The translations under genes and the position numbers were made by a program. A DNA stretch of 32,000 bases from Thermofilum adornatum (lineage in GTDB: Archaea; Thermoproteota; Thermoprotei; Thermofilales; Thermofilaceae). Location: NCBI RefSeq assembly GCF_000446015.1, contig NC_022093.1, positions 1,080,001 to 1,112,000 on the forward strand. The letters are read 5' to 3'. The notes below the pieces were generated by a model. That model saw nothing but the letters and a program-made list of their open reading frames with translations, did not search any database and was not told where the DNA came from. Below, in pieces: positions 24,554-32,000 of this stretch; position 1 is the first letter of the stretch; every line of letters begins with the position of its first letter.

Positions 24554-26182
24554 ATGAAAATTCGAGAAATTGCTGAAAAGCTTTTCCTAGAGCTGGGACA
24601 ACAAGACATTGTAGCTGGAAGCAGAGAAGAGAGAGAATCGCTCGAAAAAATAAGGGGAATATTTGAGGAGCTACAGCTCCCGGTAGAGACTTACAGTTTT
24701 CAATGTTCGAGTTGGCGAGAAAAGCGTGTTTCGCTACATCTTCATGACCATGAATTAAAAGCTGTAGCGATGCCTAACTCTCCGTCTGGAAGTATCGAAG
24801 CAAAGGCCGTATACATTGGCGAGCGGATTCTTAGAGAAGAATTCCGGGGACTTGATCTCTCTGGAAAGATAGCAGTAGTCAAGATGTATAGAAAAATAGA
24901 TGAAATCTCGTGGCAATACCTGAGAGCAGTTGAGAGAGGTGCAGAAGCAGTTATATTTGTTGACCCCTACCCAGACAGAAGAAGGAGAATAGTCATAGTT
25001 CCAAGCGTTGACTATACGTTCTCTGTTGGGAGCCCTCCACCAGTCCCGGTAGCATCTGTTTCCCTGGAGGATGGTCTAAAGCTAGTCCAAGCCGCAAACA
25101 GGGGCGAAAAAATCATCCTAGAAATAGAGACAGATGCAGACAACTCTGCAACGACGGGGGTAGTAGTGGCTGGAGACCTTGAGGGCCCTATCTTTACGGC
25201 ACACATTGATAAGTGGCTCAGCGGCTTTACAGACAATGTTCTCGGCCTAGGCATTGTATTGGCACTTGCAGAAAAATATAGGGAAAATGCAGGACTCATA
25301 GTATTCGGGTCTGAGGAATACGGGGCACCAGGCTACTCGCCGTGGTACTGGATATGGGGTTCACGGTCTTTCGTTTCTAGACTCGACGAAAGAGATAGGT
25401 TAAGCGAGCTAGGTCTAATAATAAATTTTGACACGCTGGGCGGACAAAACATATCCCTGTCAGCTTCTGGAGTAGATCTTCTCTCGGGTCTCAGAAAAAT
25501 GTTGGGCGACTCATACCGCTACACGCCAGACCAAGTAATCTTTGACAGTTTTAGTTTCACTATGCATGGCCATCCTGCCCTAACAATCCATACCTTCGAG
25601 GACACTCTCCCTATATATCACACTGATAAGGATGTCCCAGGCAACGTGGACTGGCAAAAAATAGAGGAGGCTGTACAACTTGCCGAAATAATAGCTACCC
25701 ACTACATGAAAAACAAATGGAAGATGCTTGACTACACCGTCCTCATAGACAAAGTCAAAGAAAAAGCCATGAAACTTAAAGACATAAAAGAAGCCTCAGA
25801 ACTCATAGATTTCCTAGAAAAGATAAAAATAGAAAACGAGAAGCAGGCACACTATATAAGAAGGGAACTAACAAGGCCCATCTATGCTGGGACGTATGGA
25901 GAAGTATTCGAAGACCCTGTTGTGTCTTATCCTTACCTCCTTGAAGCTGTAGAAGACCTACTGTCCCTAACACAATCTCAAATGGATAATACTAAAGGTG
26001 AATCCAAGCTAAAAGCCCTAGTCAAAACAGTTCCAGGCTGGGAAACAAAGATCTATGATTTAAGGATTCTAGTCGATAAGAATGCCTGGGAAGAATTAAG
26101 ATATCTTACAAGACAACTGGCAACGGTATACCTTGCTGAAACTAGAAAGGTCTTTGAAAAGGTTGCGAGTGTTGCTCTTTAA
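24554..26182 (+). CDS. M28-family metallopeptidase with PA (protease-associated) domain and a C-terminal helical extension
   Basis: PA-like GKIAVVKMYR...AEAVIFVD. M28 metal-ligand blocks FTAHIDKW, GFTDNVLG, FGSEEYG and IYHTDKD. I prefer the ATG at 24554 over the track's TTG at 24545. Confidence 0.55.
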   Translation: MKIREIAEKLFLELGQQDIVAGSREERESLEKIRGIFEELQLPVETYSFQCSSWREKRVSLHLHDHELKAVAMPNSPSGSIEAKAVYIGERILREEFRGLDLSGKIAVVKMYRKIDEISWQYLRAVERGAEAVIFVDPYPDRRRRIVIVPSVDYTFSVGSPPPVPVASVSLEDGLKLVQAANRGEKIILEIETDADNSATTGVVVAGDLEGPIFTAHIDKWLSGFTDNVLGLGIVLALAEKYRENAGLIVFGSEEYGAPGYSPWYWIWGSRSFVSRLDERDRLSELGLIINFDTLGGQNISLSASGVDLLSGLRKMLGDSYRYTPDQVIFDSFSFTMHGHPALTIHTFEDTLPIYHTDKDVPGNVDWQKIEEAVQLAEIIATHYMKNKWKMLDYTVLIDKVKEKAMKLKDIKEASELIDFLEKIKIENEKQAHYIRRELTRPIYAGTYGEVFEDPVVSYPYLLEAVEDLLSLTQSQMDNTKGESKLKALVKTVPGWETKIYDLRILVDKNAWEELRYLTRQLATVYLAETRKVFEKVASVAL

Positions 26183-26188
26183 AAGAGC
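26174..26188 (+). terminator. Palindrome spanning the stop codon, followed by T-rich sequence (possible terminator)
   Basis: In gctcttt-a-aaagagc, the 6-bp stem gctctt/aagagc would place the TAA stop (26180-26182) in the loop. The downstream sequence tgttctttattaagttgttttatt is T-rich. Confidence 0.2.
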
Positions 26189-26231
26189 GATGTTCTTTAT
26201 TAAGTTGTTTTATTAAATATTCCGCGCTAGA

Positions 26232-26239
26232 TTTATATA
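26232..26239 (+). promoter_or_regulatory. TATA-like box (tttatata) for the 26266 gene
   Basis: Lies 27-34 nt upstream of the ATG at 26266. Confidence 0.3.
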
Positions 26240-26265
26240 GTAAAAGAATTAAGATTATAAAACGT

Positions 26266-27915
26266 ATGACCAACAGTAAAGTCTTTCTGTTAGCCTTCAT
26301 AGCCCTTCTAGCCTTCACAGCATCCCTGGTCTTCGCTGCCCCCTCATTGAGGCAGTGGACAGGCACAGCCCCAAACATGCCTCTACAAGTAGTTGTAAGC
26401 AATGGCGAGCTCATAGTTACCGACCTGTCAAACGACCAGTACAAATACTACAGCCCTCAATACAACTGGCCAATACCTAGCGACCTCGACATTCTAGAAG
26501 CAAGGGTTTACAGCGATGGACAAAACATCTATGTCAGATACAAGTTCCAAACACTAAAGAGTAAGTATTCGCCATACGTGATGCTGGTTATGGATTTCAC
26601 GCCCGACAACGATATGGACGGCTTTGACAACTGGCTCCCAGACTGGTCAGACACAAAGTTGCCCTGGAAATGGGACGCTATTATCGGTGTCAACCTGGGG
26701 AAGAAGGATAGCCAGTCATTTGTTTTCTACAGGAGTTGGAACCCCCAGTTTGTTGGCAGTCTAGCTGTTGACCAGGACAACGCTGTAATTGAGGCCATGG
26801 TTCCACTTTCAGCTCTTCCCGACTTCCCAAGAAATGGCAAAATCAGGATGGTCATAGTTGTGTTCGCAAATGACTATGGCGGCATATGGGATCCAGGCAA
26901 GAAGAAGAACTATGACCCAGAGATAGGCATCGTCATCAACGAGGAAACATTCTACGCATGTAACGTGTATGATATTGCTGGGCAGGCACCCACCAACATG
27001 GAGGTCTATGGAAACTGGAAGGACGGGGTTCAAGAAGTAGCAGTATACTACACAGTATCAACTTCAAATGGCATTTTCACCTCTGTGGCGGACTATGGGA
27101 GAAAAGTTTCATACGAAAGATCCCTCGCCAAAATGAAGCTAATCTATCCGCCTCTACCGGGCCAGCTTAGAAACTGGGCAGGAACACCCCCACTTACATC
27201 TCCTGGTAGCACAGTTGTTTCAAACGAGGCAATAATAACAGACCCAGCAAACGACCAGTACAAGTATTACAGACCAGACTGGAACTGGCCTATTACCAGC
27301 GACCTTGATGTCCTCGAGACAAGACTCTACAGTGATGGACAATACCTCTACATACGTGTAAAGCTTTCTACACTGAAAAACAAGTATTCACCCTACATAA
27401 TGATACCAATAGACTACACCCCAGACAACCCCTCTGATGGCGTCAGCGAGTGGCTACCAGACTGGTCTGACACAAATCTCCCCTGGAAATGGGACGTGAT
27501 AATAGGTATAAATTTTGGTAAAAGCGAAACCCAGCCCTTCGTAATCGACTCTTCATGGAATCCCAAGTTCACAGGTCAACTGGCCGTCAACCAGACACAA
27601 GGCGTAATCGAGGCCAAGATACCTCTAAGTAGCCTGCCAGGATTCCCGACAAATGGCAAAATAAAATATACTGTCATCATTTTCGCCAATAGTTTTGGAG
27701 GCGTATGGGATCCGGGTCAGAACAACGCTGTAGATCCCTCCACAGGTAAAACAATTTCCGAAAATGACTATGCAAGCGATGTTTACGACATAGCCGGCCA
27801 GGCCCCAACATCTGCTGAAGTCTACGGTGGATGGGGCAATGGAAGCCAGACAGTAAAAACAGCCTTCACAGCCCAGTTGACAAATGGCCTCTTTGTAGGA
27901 ATCACGTCAGCTTAA
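26266..27915 (+). CDS. Secreted protein made of two tandem copies of an about 273-aa domain; function unknown
   Basis: Signal peptide MTNSKVFLLAFIALLAFTASLVFA|AP. Residues about 28-276 and 301-549 align with each other along their whole length (NDQYKYY, WNWPI.SDLD.LE.R.YSDGQ, KYSPY, TPDN, WLPDWSDT.LPWKWD.IIG.N.GK, SWNP.F.G.LAV.Q, VIEA..PLS.LP.FP.NGKI, FAN..GG.WDPG, VYDIAGQAPT..EVYG). Confidence 0.7.
   Translation: MTNSKVFLLAFIALLAFTASLVFAAPSLRQWTGTAPNMPLQVVVSNGELIVTDLSNDQYKYYSPQYNWPIPSDLDILEARVYSDGQNIYVRYKFQTLKSKYSPYVMLVMDFTPDNDMDGFDNWLPDWSDTKLPWKWDAIIGVNLGKKDSQSFVFYRSWNPQFVGSLAVDQDNAVIEAMVPLSALPDFPRNGKIRMVIVVFANDYGGIWDPGKKKNYDPEIGIVINEETFYACNVYDIAGQAPTNMEVYGNWKDGVQEVAVYYTVSTSNGIFTSVADYGRKVSYERSLAKMKLIYPPLPGQLRNWAGTPPLTSPGSTVVSNEAIITDPANDQYKYYRPDWNWPITSDLDVLETRLYSDGQYLYIRVKLSTLKNKYSPYIMIPIDYTPDNPSDGVSEWLPDWSDTNLPWKWDVIIGINFGKSETQPFVIDSSWNPKFTGQLAVNQTQGVIEAKIPLSSLPGFPTNGKIKYTVIIFANSFGGVWDPGQNNAVDPSTGKTISENDYASDVYDIAGQAPTSAEVYGGWGNGSQTVKTAFTAQLTNGLFVGITSA
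26347..27093 (+). repeat. Intragenic tandem duplication, copy 1
   Basis: LRQWTGTAP begins at 26347. The register offset to copy 2 is exactly 819 nt (273 codons), for example gaccagtacaaatactac at about 26434 versus gaccagtacaagtattac at about 27253. Confidence 0.8.
27166..27912 (+). repeat. Intragenic tandem duplication, copy 2
   Basis: LRNWAGTPP begins at 27166. Similarity to copy 1 is visible at both the nucleotide and protein level; by eye roughly half or more of the residues are identical. Confidence 0.8.
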
Positions 27916-27925
27916 ATTATTTCTT

Positions 27926-28912
27926 TTAAAAAATTATTTTTTCTTTCTTTATATCTTCTTCATTTGCAACATAGATTGCGTCATCACCAATAACATAGTG
28001 TGTTCTTGCAATGCTTAACACTCTCTTTAAGGCCTTCTCGAGACTCGTCGCCTTGAAGAGAGCCCCAGCCGCATACTTGTGTCCGCCGCCGCCAAGGCTA
28101 CTAGCGATGACAGAGGCGTCATAGCTGGAGGACGGCTGCGCCCCCGCGTAAAGCCTAAATTTGAACAGCCCCCTCGGGACAATTACAAGTGTAAATTCTG
28201 CCCCCCTGCGTTCTAGGAGGATCGTCAAGTATCTATAGGCAATGCCTAGATCTTTCTTGAAAGCTACAATTGTAACTTTTTCGACAGGTATTTTTTCAGC
28301 AATTTTCTCCGTTCTTTTTCTCATCTCCTCATGCCGAGAAATCCACTCTCTTACCTCCTCGCGCTTCAAGGCTTCAAGCCCTTCTCGAGCCAGAAGTTCT
28401 ACGAGACGTAGCTTTCCACGGTATCCCGCCCCCTTTACCGCCGCGTCCAGTAACAAGGCTTCCTGAGACCTTATATTAGCTGTGTCGGTCTCGACAGCCA
28501 AGTTTACGAGGGTAACGGCGAGCGGATTATTATCCAGCGAGAGTGCTTTCATGGCAAGAAATGCTGAGGCTGGCGCTGATGGGTCATAGAATTCCTCATC
28601 CGCACATGGGGAATTTGTTACGTGGTGGTCAGCCCTAAGTCTAGCTTTTCCTGGACAGGGCAGATCGGCAACAAAGTCCCAGTAAACGCGCCGCAGTATG
28701 GGGCTTCTTAATACGTCTTGTGGATGTGCTAGAACTATCTCTGCATCTGGTTTTGAAATCTTGAAGAGGGTTGCACTGACTATACCGTCCACGTCTCCTG
28801 CGTCTGACAATGCCAGCGGCTTCTTTTTTATCTGTGCCGTCAATATTTGTAGAGTCCTATAGATGGATACATATGACATCATTAATGCATCACGCCCCTC
28901 AAAAATTCTCAT
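27926..28912 (-). CDS. DHH/DHHA1-family phosphoesterase
   Basis: Motifs DAGDVDGIVSA (DxD), LRADHH (DHH) and GGGGHKYAAGA (the GGGH of DHHA1) appear in the canonical order. Confidence 0.6.
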   Translation of the reverse strand: MRIFEGRDALMMSYVSIYRTLQILTAQIKKKPLALSDAGDVDGIVSATLFKISKPDAEIVLAHPQDVLRSPILRRVYWDFVADLPCPGKARLRADHHVTNSPCADEEFYDPSAPASAFLAMKALSLDNNPLAVTLVNLAVETDTANIRSQEALLLDAAVKGAGYRGKLRLVELLAREGLEALKREEVREWISRHEEMRKRTEKIAEKIPVEKVTIVAFKKDLGIAYRYLTILLERRGAEFTLVIVPRGLFKFRLYAGAQPSSSYDASVIASSLGGGGHKYAAGALFKATSLEKALKRVLSIARTHYVIGDDAIYVANEEDIKKEKIIF

Positions 28913-28941
28913 AGAAATAAAAGGTTATCTTGGTAGCCAAT

Positions 28942-30072
28942 TTATCCTATGACAGCAAGTTCCTTTACTGTCTTGCCCTCCTCAAACCTAGACAAGACAA
29001 GGTTGCCAGCCTCCTGGCTCCTCGGTCTACCCGAAGTTATCCAGCTCGCCACCTCCTCTGCTACTACGGGGGCCATCATAAATCCGTGGCCACTAAAACC
29101 TGTAGCAATGTAGAGGTTTTCGATAGGCGTAACTGGACCGATTATTGGATGATGATCAGGAGTCATCTCGTAATACCCGGGCCAGTACCTGAGGATGTTC
29201 ACGTTTGGGAGCCACGGAAGCCACTTGCTCCAAACCGAGACAACCTTCTCGAGGAAGGCTAGCTTAACACTCAGCTCGCCGAACGGCTTCTCTTCTACGT
29301 CCACACCCATCAATACATTACCGTGGAAAGTTTGCACCGCGTATGCCCCAGAAGCCACGTCTATTATCAACGGGTCAAAAAGCCTGCCAAAGTCTTCGGT
29401 TAACGCTGCATGGTGTGGCACCGGCGTGAGGGGTATCTTTATCCCGTTTCTCTCGAGCAGATATACAGAGTAGGCCCCCGCAGTGACGGCAACGTTTCTA
29501 GCAGGTATCTTTTCACCATCTATCAGCACGCCCTTGGCAGCCCCGTTTTCTATATCTATGCGTGTAACCTCTTTTCCAACCAAAAACTCTACTCCAAGAC
29601 TCTTTGCGGCCAAGAACTGTTTATACAACGAGTCGAAGGGGCTGGCTTTGCCCGCCAAAGGGTCAAAGAGAGCCCCAACCATCTTGGAAGTATCCACGTA
29701 AGGAGCAACTTCTTTGACGAAGTCCTCGCCCACGAGCCTTGTATCTAGGCCGAACATATGGTGGATACGCATATACCCCTTAATCTTCTCTAAGTCTTCT
29801 TCCCTGTGGGTAAGCCACAGGTACCCGCTCCTTGAGTACTTCACGCCAAGCTTTTCCTTGAGCTCTCCCCACAGCTCGATGCTCCTCTTCATCAAGACTA
29901 TGTGCTCTCTACTAGTAAAGCTGGCCCTGATGCCGCCGGCACAGCGGAAAGTCGAGCCGCTGCCGAGATAGTTCCTTTCAACAAGTAGGATCTTGCCAAA
30001 GCCCTGCTCTGCCAGCTTAAAAGCCAGGCTAACACCTATAATGCCGCCTCCAACGATTATCAAATCATACAT
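28942..30072 (-). CDS. FAD-dependent oxidoreductase (DAO family), beta subunit of a proline dehydrogenase / sarcosine-oxidase-like complex
   Basis: N-terminal Rossmann motif MYDLIIVGGGIIGVSLAFKLAEQG, and a C-terminal GFSGHGFMMAP typical of SoxB / dye-linked PDH beta. It is the last gene of a four-gene overlapping operon. Confidence 0.75.
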   Translation of the reverse strand: MYDLIIVGGGIIGVSLAFKLAEQGFGKILLVERNYLGSGSTFRCAGGIRASFTSREHIVLMKRSIELWGELKEKLGVKYSRSGYLWLTHREEDLEKIKGYMRIHHMFGLDTRLVGEDFVKEVAPYVDTSKMVGALFDPLAGKASPFDSLYKQFLAAKSLGVEFLVGKEVTRIDIENGAAKGVLIDGEKIPARNVAVTAGAYSVYLLERNGIKIPLTPVPHHAALTEDFGRLFDPLIIDVASGAYAVQTFHGNVLMGVDVEEKPFGELSVKLAFLEKVVSVWSKWLPWLPNVNILRYWPGYYEMTPDHHPIIGPVTPIENLYIATGFSGHGFMMAPVVAEEVASWITSGRPRSQEAGNLVLSRFEEGKTVKELAVIG

Positions 30073-30334
30073 CCTTCTTCACCCTCAAGAAAAGCCTCAC
30101 AGGGACAGGTTCAAGAGGTGGACGAATAGCAACATAGCTCAGCTTTTCTACTGGAACTCCAAGCTTGCGGGAAAGAATACCAAGAACTATTGGCACACAG
30201 TATCTTCCCTGGCATGGCCCCATCCCAATCCGCAAGTAGCGCTTTAAACTCTCTACATCGCGAAAGCCCATGTCTATTGCTCTCTCCACGTCCTCGACAG
30301 TTACCCGCTCGCACATACACACATAACTATTCAA
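30065..30334 (-). CDS. Small BFD-like [2Fe-2S]-binding subunit (delta-like)
   Basis: 89 aa. CMCERVTVEDVERAI...MGPCQGRYC is the C-x-C...C-x4-C pattern of BFD-like 2Fe-2S domains. It overlaps both neighbours by 8 nt and 4 nt. Confidence 0.65.
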   Translation of the reverse strand: MNSYVCMCERVTVEDVERAIDMGFRDVESLKRYLRIGMGPCQGRYCVPIVLGILSRKLGVPVEKLSYVAIRPPLEPVPVRLFLRVKKDV

Positions 30335-30807
30335 CTTCTTCTCGCTCGTACCGACCTCACCTCCATAACCAACTCTTCAGGAACCTCAACAGTCACAACC
30401 TGAGTCTTATTTACCTCGAAAACTCTCAAAACCACACCTGTACCAAGGACTCTGCCATCCCTGCCCAGCAACTCTACAAAATCCCCCTTCTTCAACTTGG
30501 GTAGAAACTCATAGGGTACAGTAACCTTAGCGGGGCCGCTGAGATCCACCAGGAACATTGCTTGGCCAGGACACGTCCCAACACATACTCCGCACCCAGT
30601 ACACTTTTCCCAGTCTATCTTGGGTCTCCCCCTCAAGCCGCCAACCATTATAGCCTTAACGGGGCACACAGCCTCACACACATTACATGGTATCTCCTCT
30701 ACGCATTCCGTTACAGCCACAGTCCCCCTTTTCAGTCTCTCAATGGGTGGAACTAGTCCAAGCGAGAACAATGTCTCCTTTTCAATAATCCCGCTACGCC
30801 TATACAT
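30331..30807 (-). CDS. Ferredoxin-like 4Fe-4S subunit (gamma-like)
   Basis: 158 aa with Cys clusters CNVCEAVCP and CTGCGVCVGTCP. Confidence 0.65.
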   Translation of the reverse strand: MYRRSGIIEKETLFSLGLVPPIERLKRGTVAVTECVEEIPCNVCEAVCPVKAIMVGGLRGRPKIDWEKCTGCGVCVGTCPGQAMFLVDLSGPAKVTVPYEFLPKLKKGDFVELLGRDGRVLGTGVVLRVFEVNKTQVVTVEVPEELVMEVRSVRARRS

Positions 30808-32000
30808 TTAGACTCACCTTTTTCTGCCCCTCTAGAATTTTGACCGAAAACTGGGTCCCCCTCACTTCTTCCAGGAGCCTGAGAGTCTCCTCACGCTCTT
30901 CAACCAGCTCTTTCTGTGGACCAAGGATACTTATTGTAGCCGAGAGCCCAGCTATCCTGCCAGTGAGAAGCGCCGTAGTGGCCTCCTCCACGCCAGAAGC
31001 ATCTCCAGCCACATATACTCCAGGTACACTGGTCTCCATATACTTGTTCCTGTAAGGAACATAGCCCCCGAGCTCACTCGACCAGACCATTTTTGCCCCC
31101 ATTTCTGCCAGCAAGCGGGCCTCCGGCGTCAGTCCAACAGCAAGCAACAGCAAATCAGCATCAAACACTTTCTCTGAACCCTCTATGGGCTGATAGTCTC
31201 TTCCAACCCTAGCCACGACAACCTTTTCAACATGGCTAGACCCCTCAGCTCTAAGTACTGTATGCTCCGTCAATATAGGAACCCCCAGCCTGCGAACCTT
31301 AGCCGCATGCACAAACCAGCCGCCAATCTCGGGTCTAACCTCAACTATGGCCGCCACATCGACCCCCGCCTGTAGCAATTGATAAGAAACAATCAACCCC
31401 ACATTGCCCGCACCCACAACTACTGCCCTCTCGCCAGGCTTAACCCCATACTCATTCATCAACGTCTGGGCTGCACCTGCACCCATTACGCCTGGAAGAG
31501 TATTTCCCGGAAACGGGAGGAAACGCTCCACAGCACCAGTGCCCACAACTACAGCCCTGGGTTTAACCCTTAAAAGCCGGCCATTGCTGTTTACAGCCAG
31601 GACCCCCTCGCTAAACCACCCAAAGACAGAAGACCGCGTGTAAATCTTGACGCCCAGCTCCTCGGCCTCCTTAACTAGCTTCTCAGCTATCTGAAAACCC
31701 CTCAGCCCACCAAAAAGCTCGCCAGAGCCAAAAAACTTGTGCGTCTGCTTGACTAGTTGCCCACCAGGCCTAAAATGCCTCTCAAAAACCACCACTTTGA
31801 GTCCTCTCTTGGCAGCTGAAATAGCTGCAGAGAGCCCAGAAGGCCCAGAACCAACTATAACAACGTCAGCTAGGATTTCTTCGCTTTCAGATGGCACTTC
31901 CTCTCCCGTGCTCGGCAAAGAAGCGACATCGCTCTCGACAATGATACCATCCATAGCCGGCTCAATACAAGCCCTAACCTTGCTCTTGCCGTTAACCCGT
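30800..32000 (-). CDS. FAD/NAD(P)-binding pyridine-nucleotide-disulfide-type oxidoreductase (alpha-like subunit); the 5' end probably lies beyond the window
   Basis: Two dinucleotide-binding motifs, VVIVGSGPSGLSAA and AVVVGAGNVGLIVSYQL. The frame stays open upstream of the track's ATG (31954) to the window edge and reads ...RVNGKSKVRACIEPA-MDGIIVE, which looks like the end of an N-terminal 2Fe-2S (Fer2_4-type) domain. Confidence 0.7.
   Translation of the reverse strand, partial: RVNGKSKVRACIEPAMDGIIVESDVASLPSTGEEVPSESEEILADVVIVGSGPSGLSAAISAAKRGLKVVVFERHFRPGGQLVKQTHKFFGSGELFGGLRGFQIAEKLVKEAEELGVKIYTRSSVFGWFSEGVLAVNSNGRLLRVKPRAVVVGTGAVERFLPFPGNTLPGVMGAGAAQTLMNEYGVKPGERAVVVGAGNVGLIVSYQLLQAGVDVAAIVEVRPEIGGWFVHAAKVRRLGVPILTEHTVLRAEGSSHVEKVVVARVGRDYQPIEGSEKVFDADLLLLAVGLTPEARLLAEMGAKMVWSSELGGYVPYRNKYMETSVPGVYVAGDASGVEEATTALLTGRIAGLSATISILGPQKELVEEREETLRLLEEVRGTQFSVKILEGQKKVSLNV

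Noticed and set aside
29195-30504. Multiple plus-strand ORFs antisense to the proline-dehydrogenase-like operon, plus the 69-aa minus-strand ORF at 30111-30320
   Set aside because: They arise from the strong G/T-ending codon bias of the real minus-strand genes, which makes the complement stop-poor. The real frames carry FAD, 2Fe-2S and 4Fe-4S motifs.
1-32000. Search for tRNA/rRNA genes, C/D-box sRNAs, CRISPR repeats, IS elements or integrases
   Set aside because: I saw no T-loop (GTTCRANYC) contexts outside coding frames. No RUGAUGA...CUGA pairs with correct spacing occur in the short intergenic regions. There are no direct repeat arrays and no transposase- or integrase-like ORFs. This was a visual scan only, so small RNAs could have been missed.

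Overview
The window looks like a chromosomal segment of a (hyper)thermophilic archaeon, most likely a Thermoproteota/Desulfurococcales-like lineage; that placement is inference only. Supporting signs are A/T-rich TATA-like boxes 22-35 nt upstream of many start codons (near-leaderless genes), frequent GTG/TTG starts, 4-nt ATGA/GTGA gene overlaps, heavy AGG/AGA/ATA codon use, class III (prepilin-type) signal peptides, and a Thermococcus-type alpha-beta-gamma-delta proline-dehydrogenase-like operon. I estimate GC in the mid-40s % by eye, not computed. Coding density is very high, with about 33 genes, and I found no tRNA, rRNA, CRISPR array, transposase or integrase. Housekeeping content: a partial amino-acid SBP, Mrp/NBP35, an M50 protease, potD convergent with potABC, an RdgB/HAM1 NTP pyrophosphatase, a ttuB-ttuA (ThiS-like plus PP-loop tRNA thiolase) pair, and a YhbY/CRM RNA-binding protein. 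It also holds a metallophosphoesterase, a class II-type HMG-CoA reductase, a CPBP protease, a solitary ECF S-component-like protein, an Lhr-type helicase, an M28 peptidase and a DHH phosphoesterase. The most unusual region is 9002-16145. It is a tightly coupled six-gene minus-strand locus that encodes only exported proteins. Five have type-IV-pilin-like N-termini, including a 794-aa sequon-rich giant, and one is a 513-aa Sec-exported, C-terminally anchored beta-rich protein. No assembly ATPase, platform protein or prepilin peptidase lies in the window, and I recognise none of the mature domains. Other points worth a second look: a 549-aa secreted protein built from two about 273-aa tandem copies of one domain; a ttuB/ttuA junction (ATAA) that leaves the first conserved Zn-finger Cys of TtuA upstream of the only canonical start; a class II HMGR in an archaeal context; and near mirror-image third-codon-position composition between neighbouring genes.
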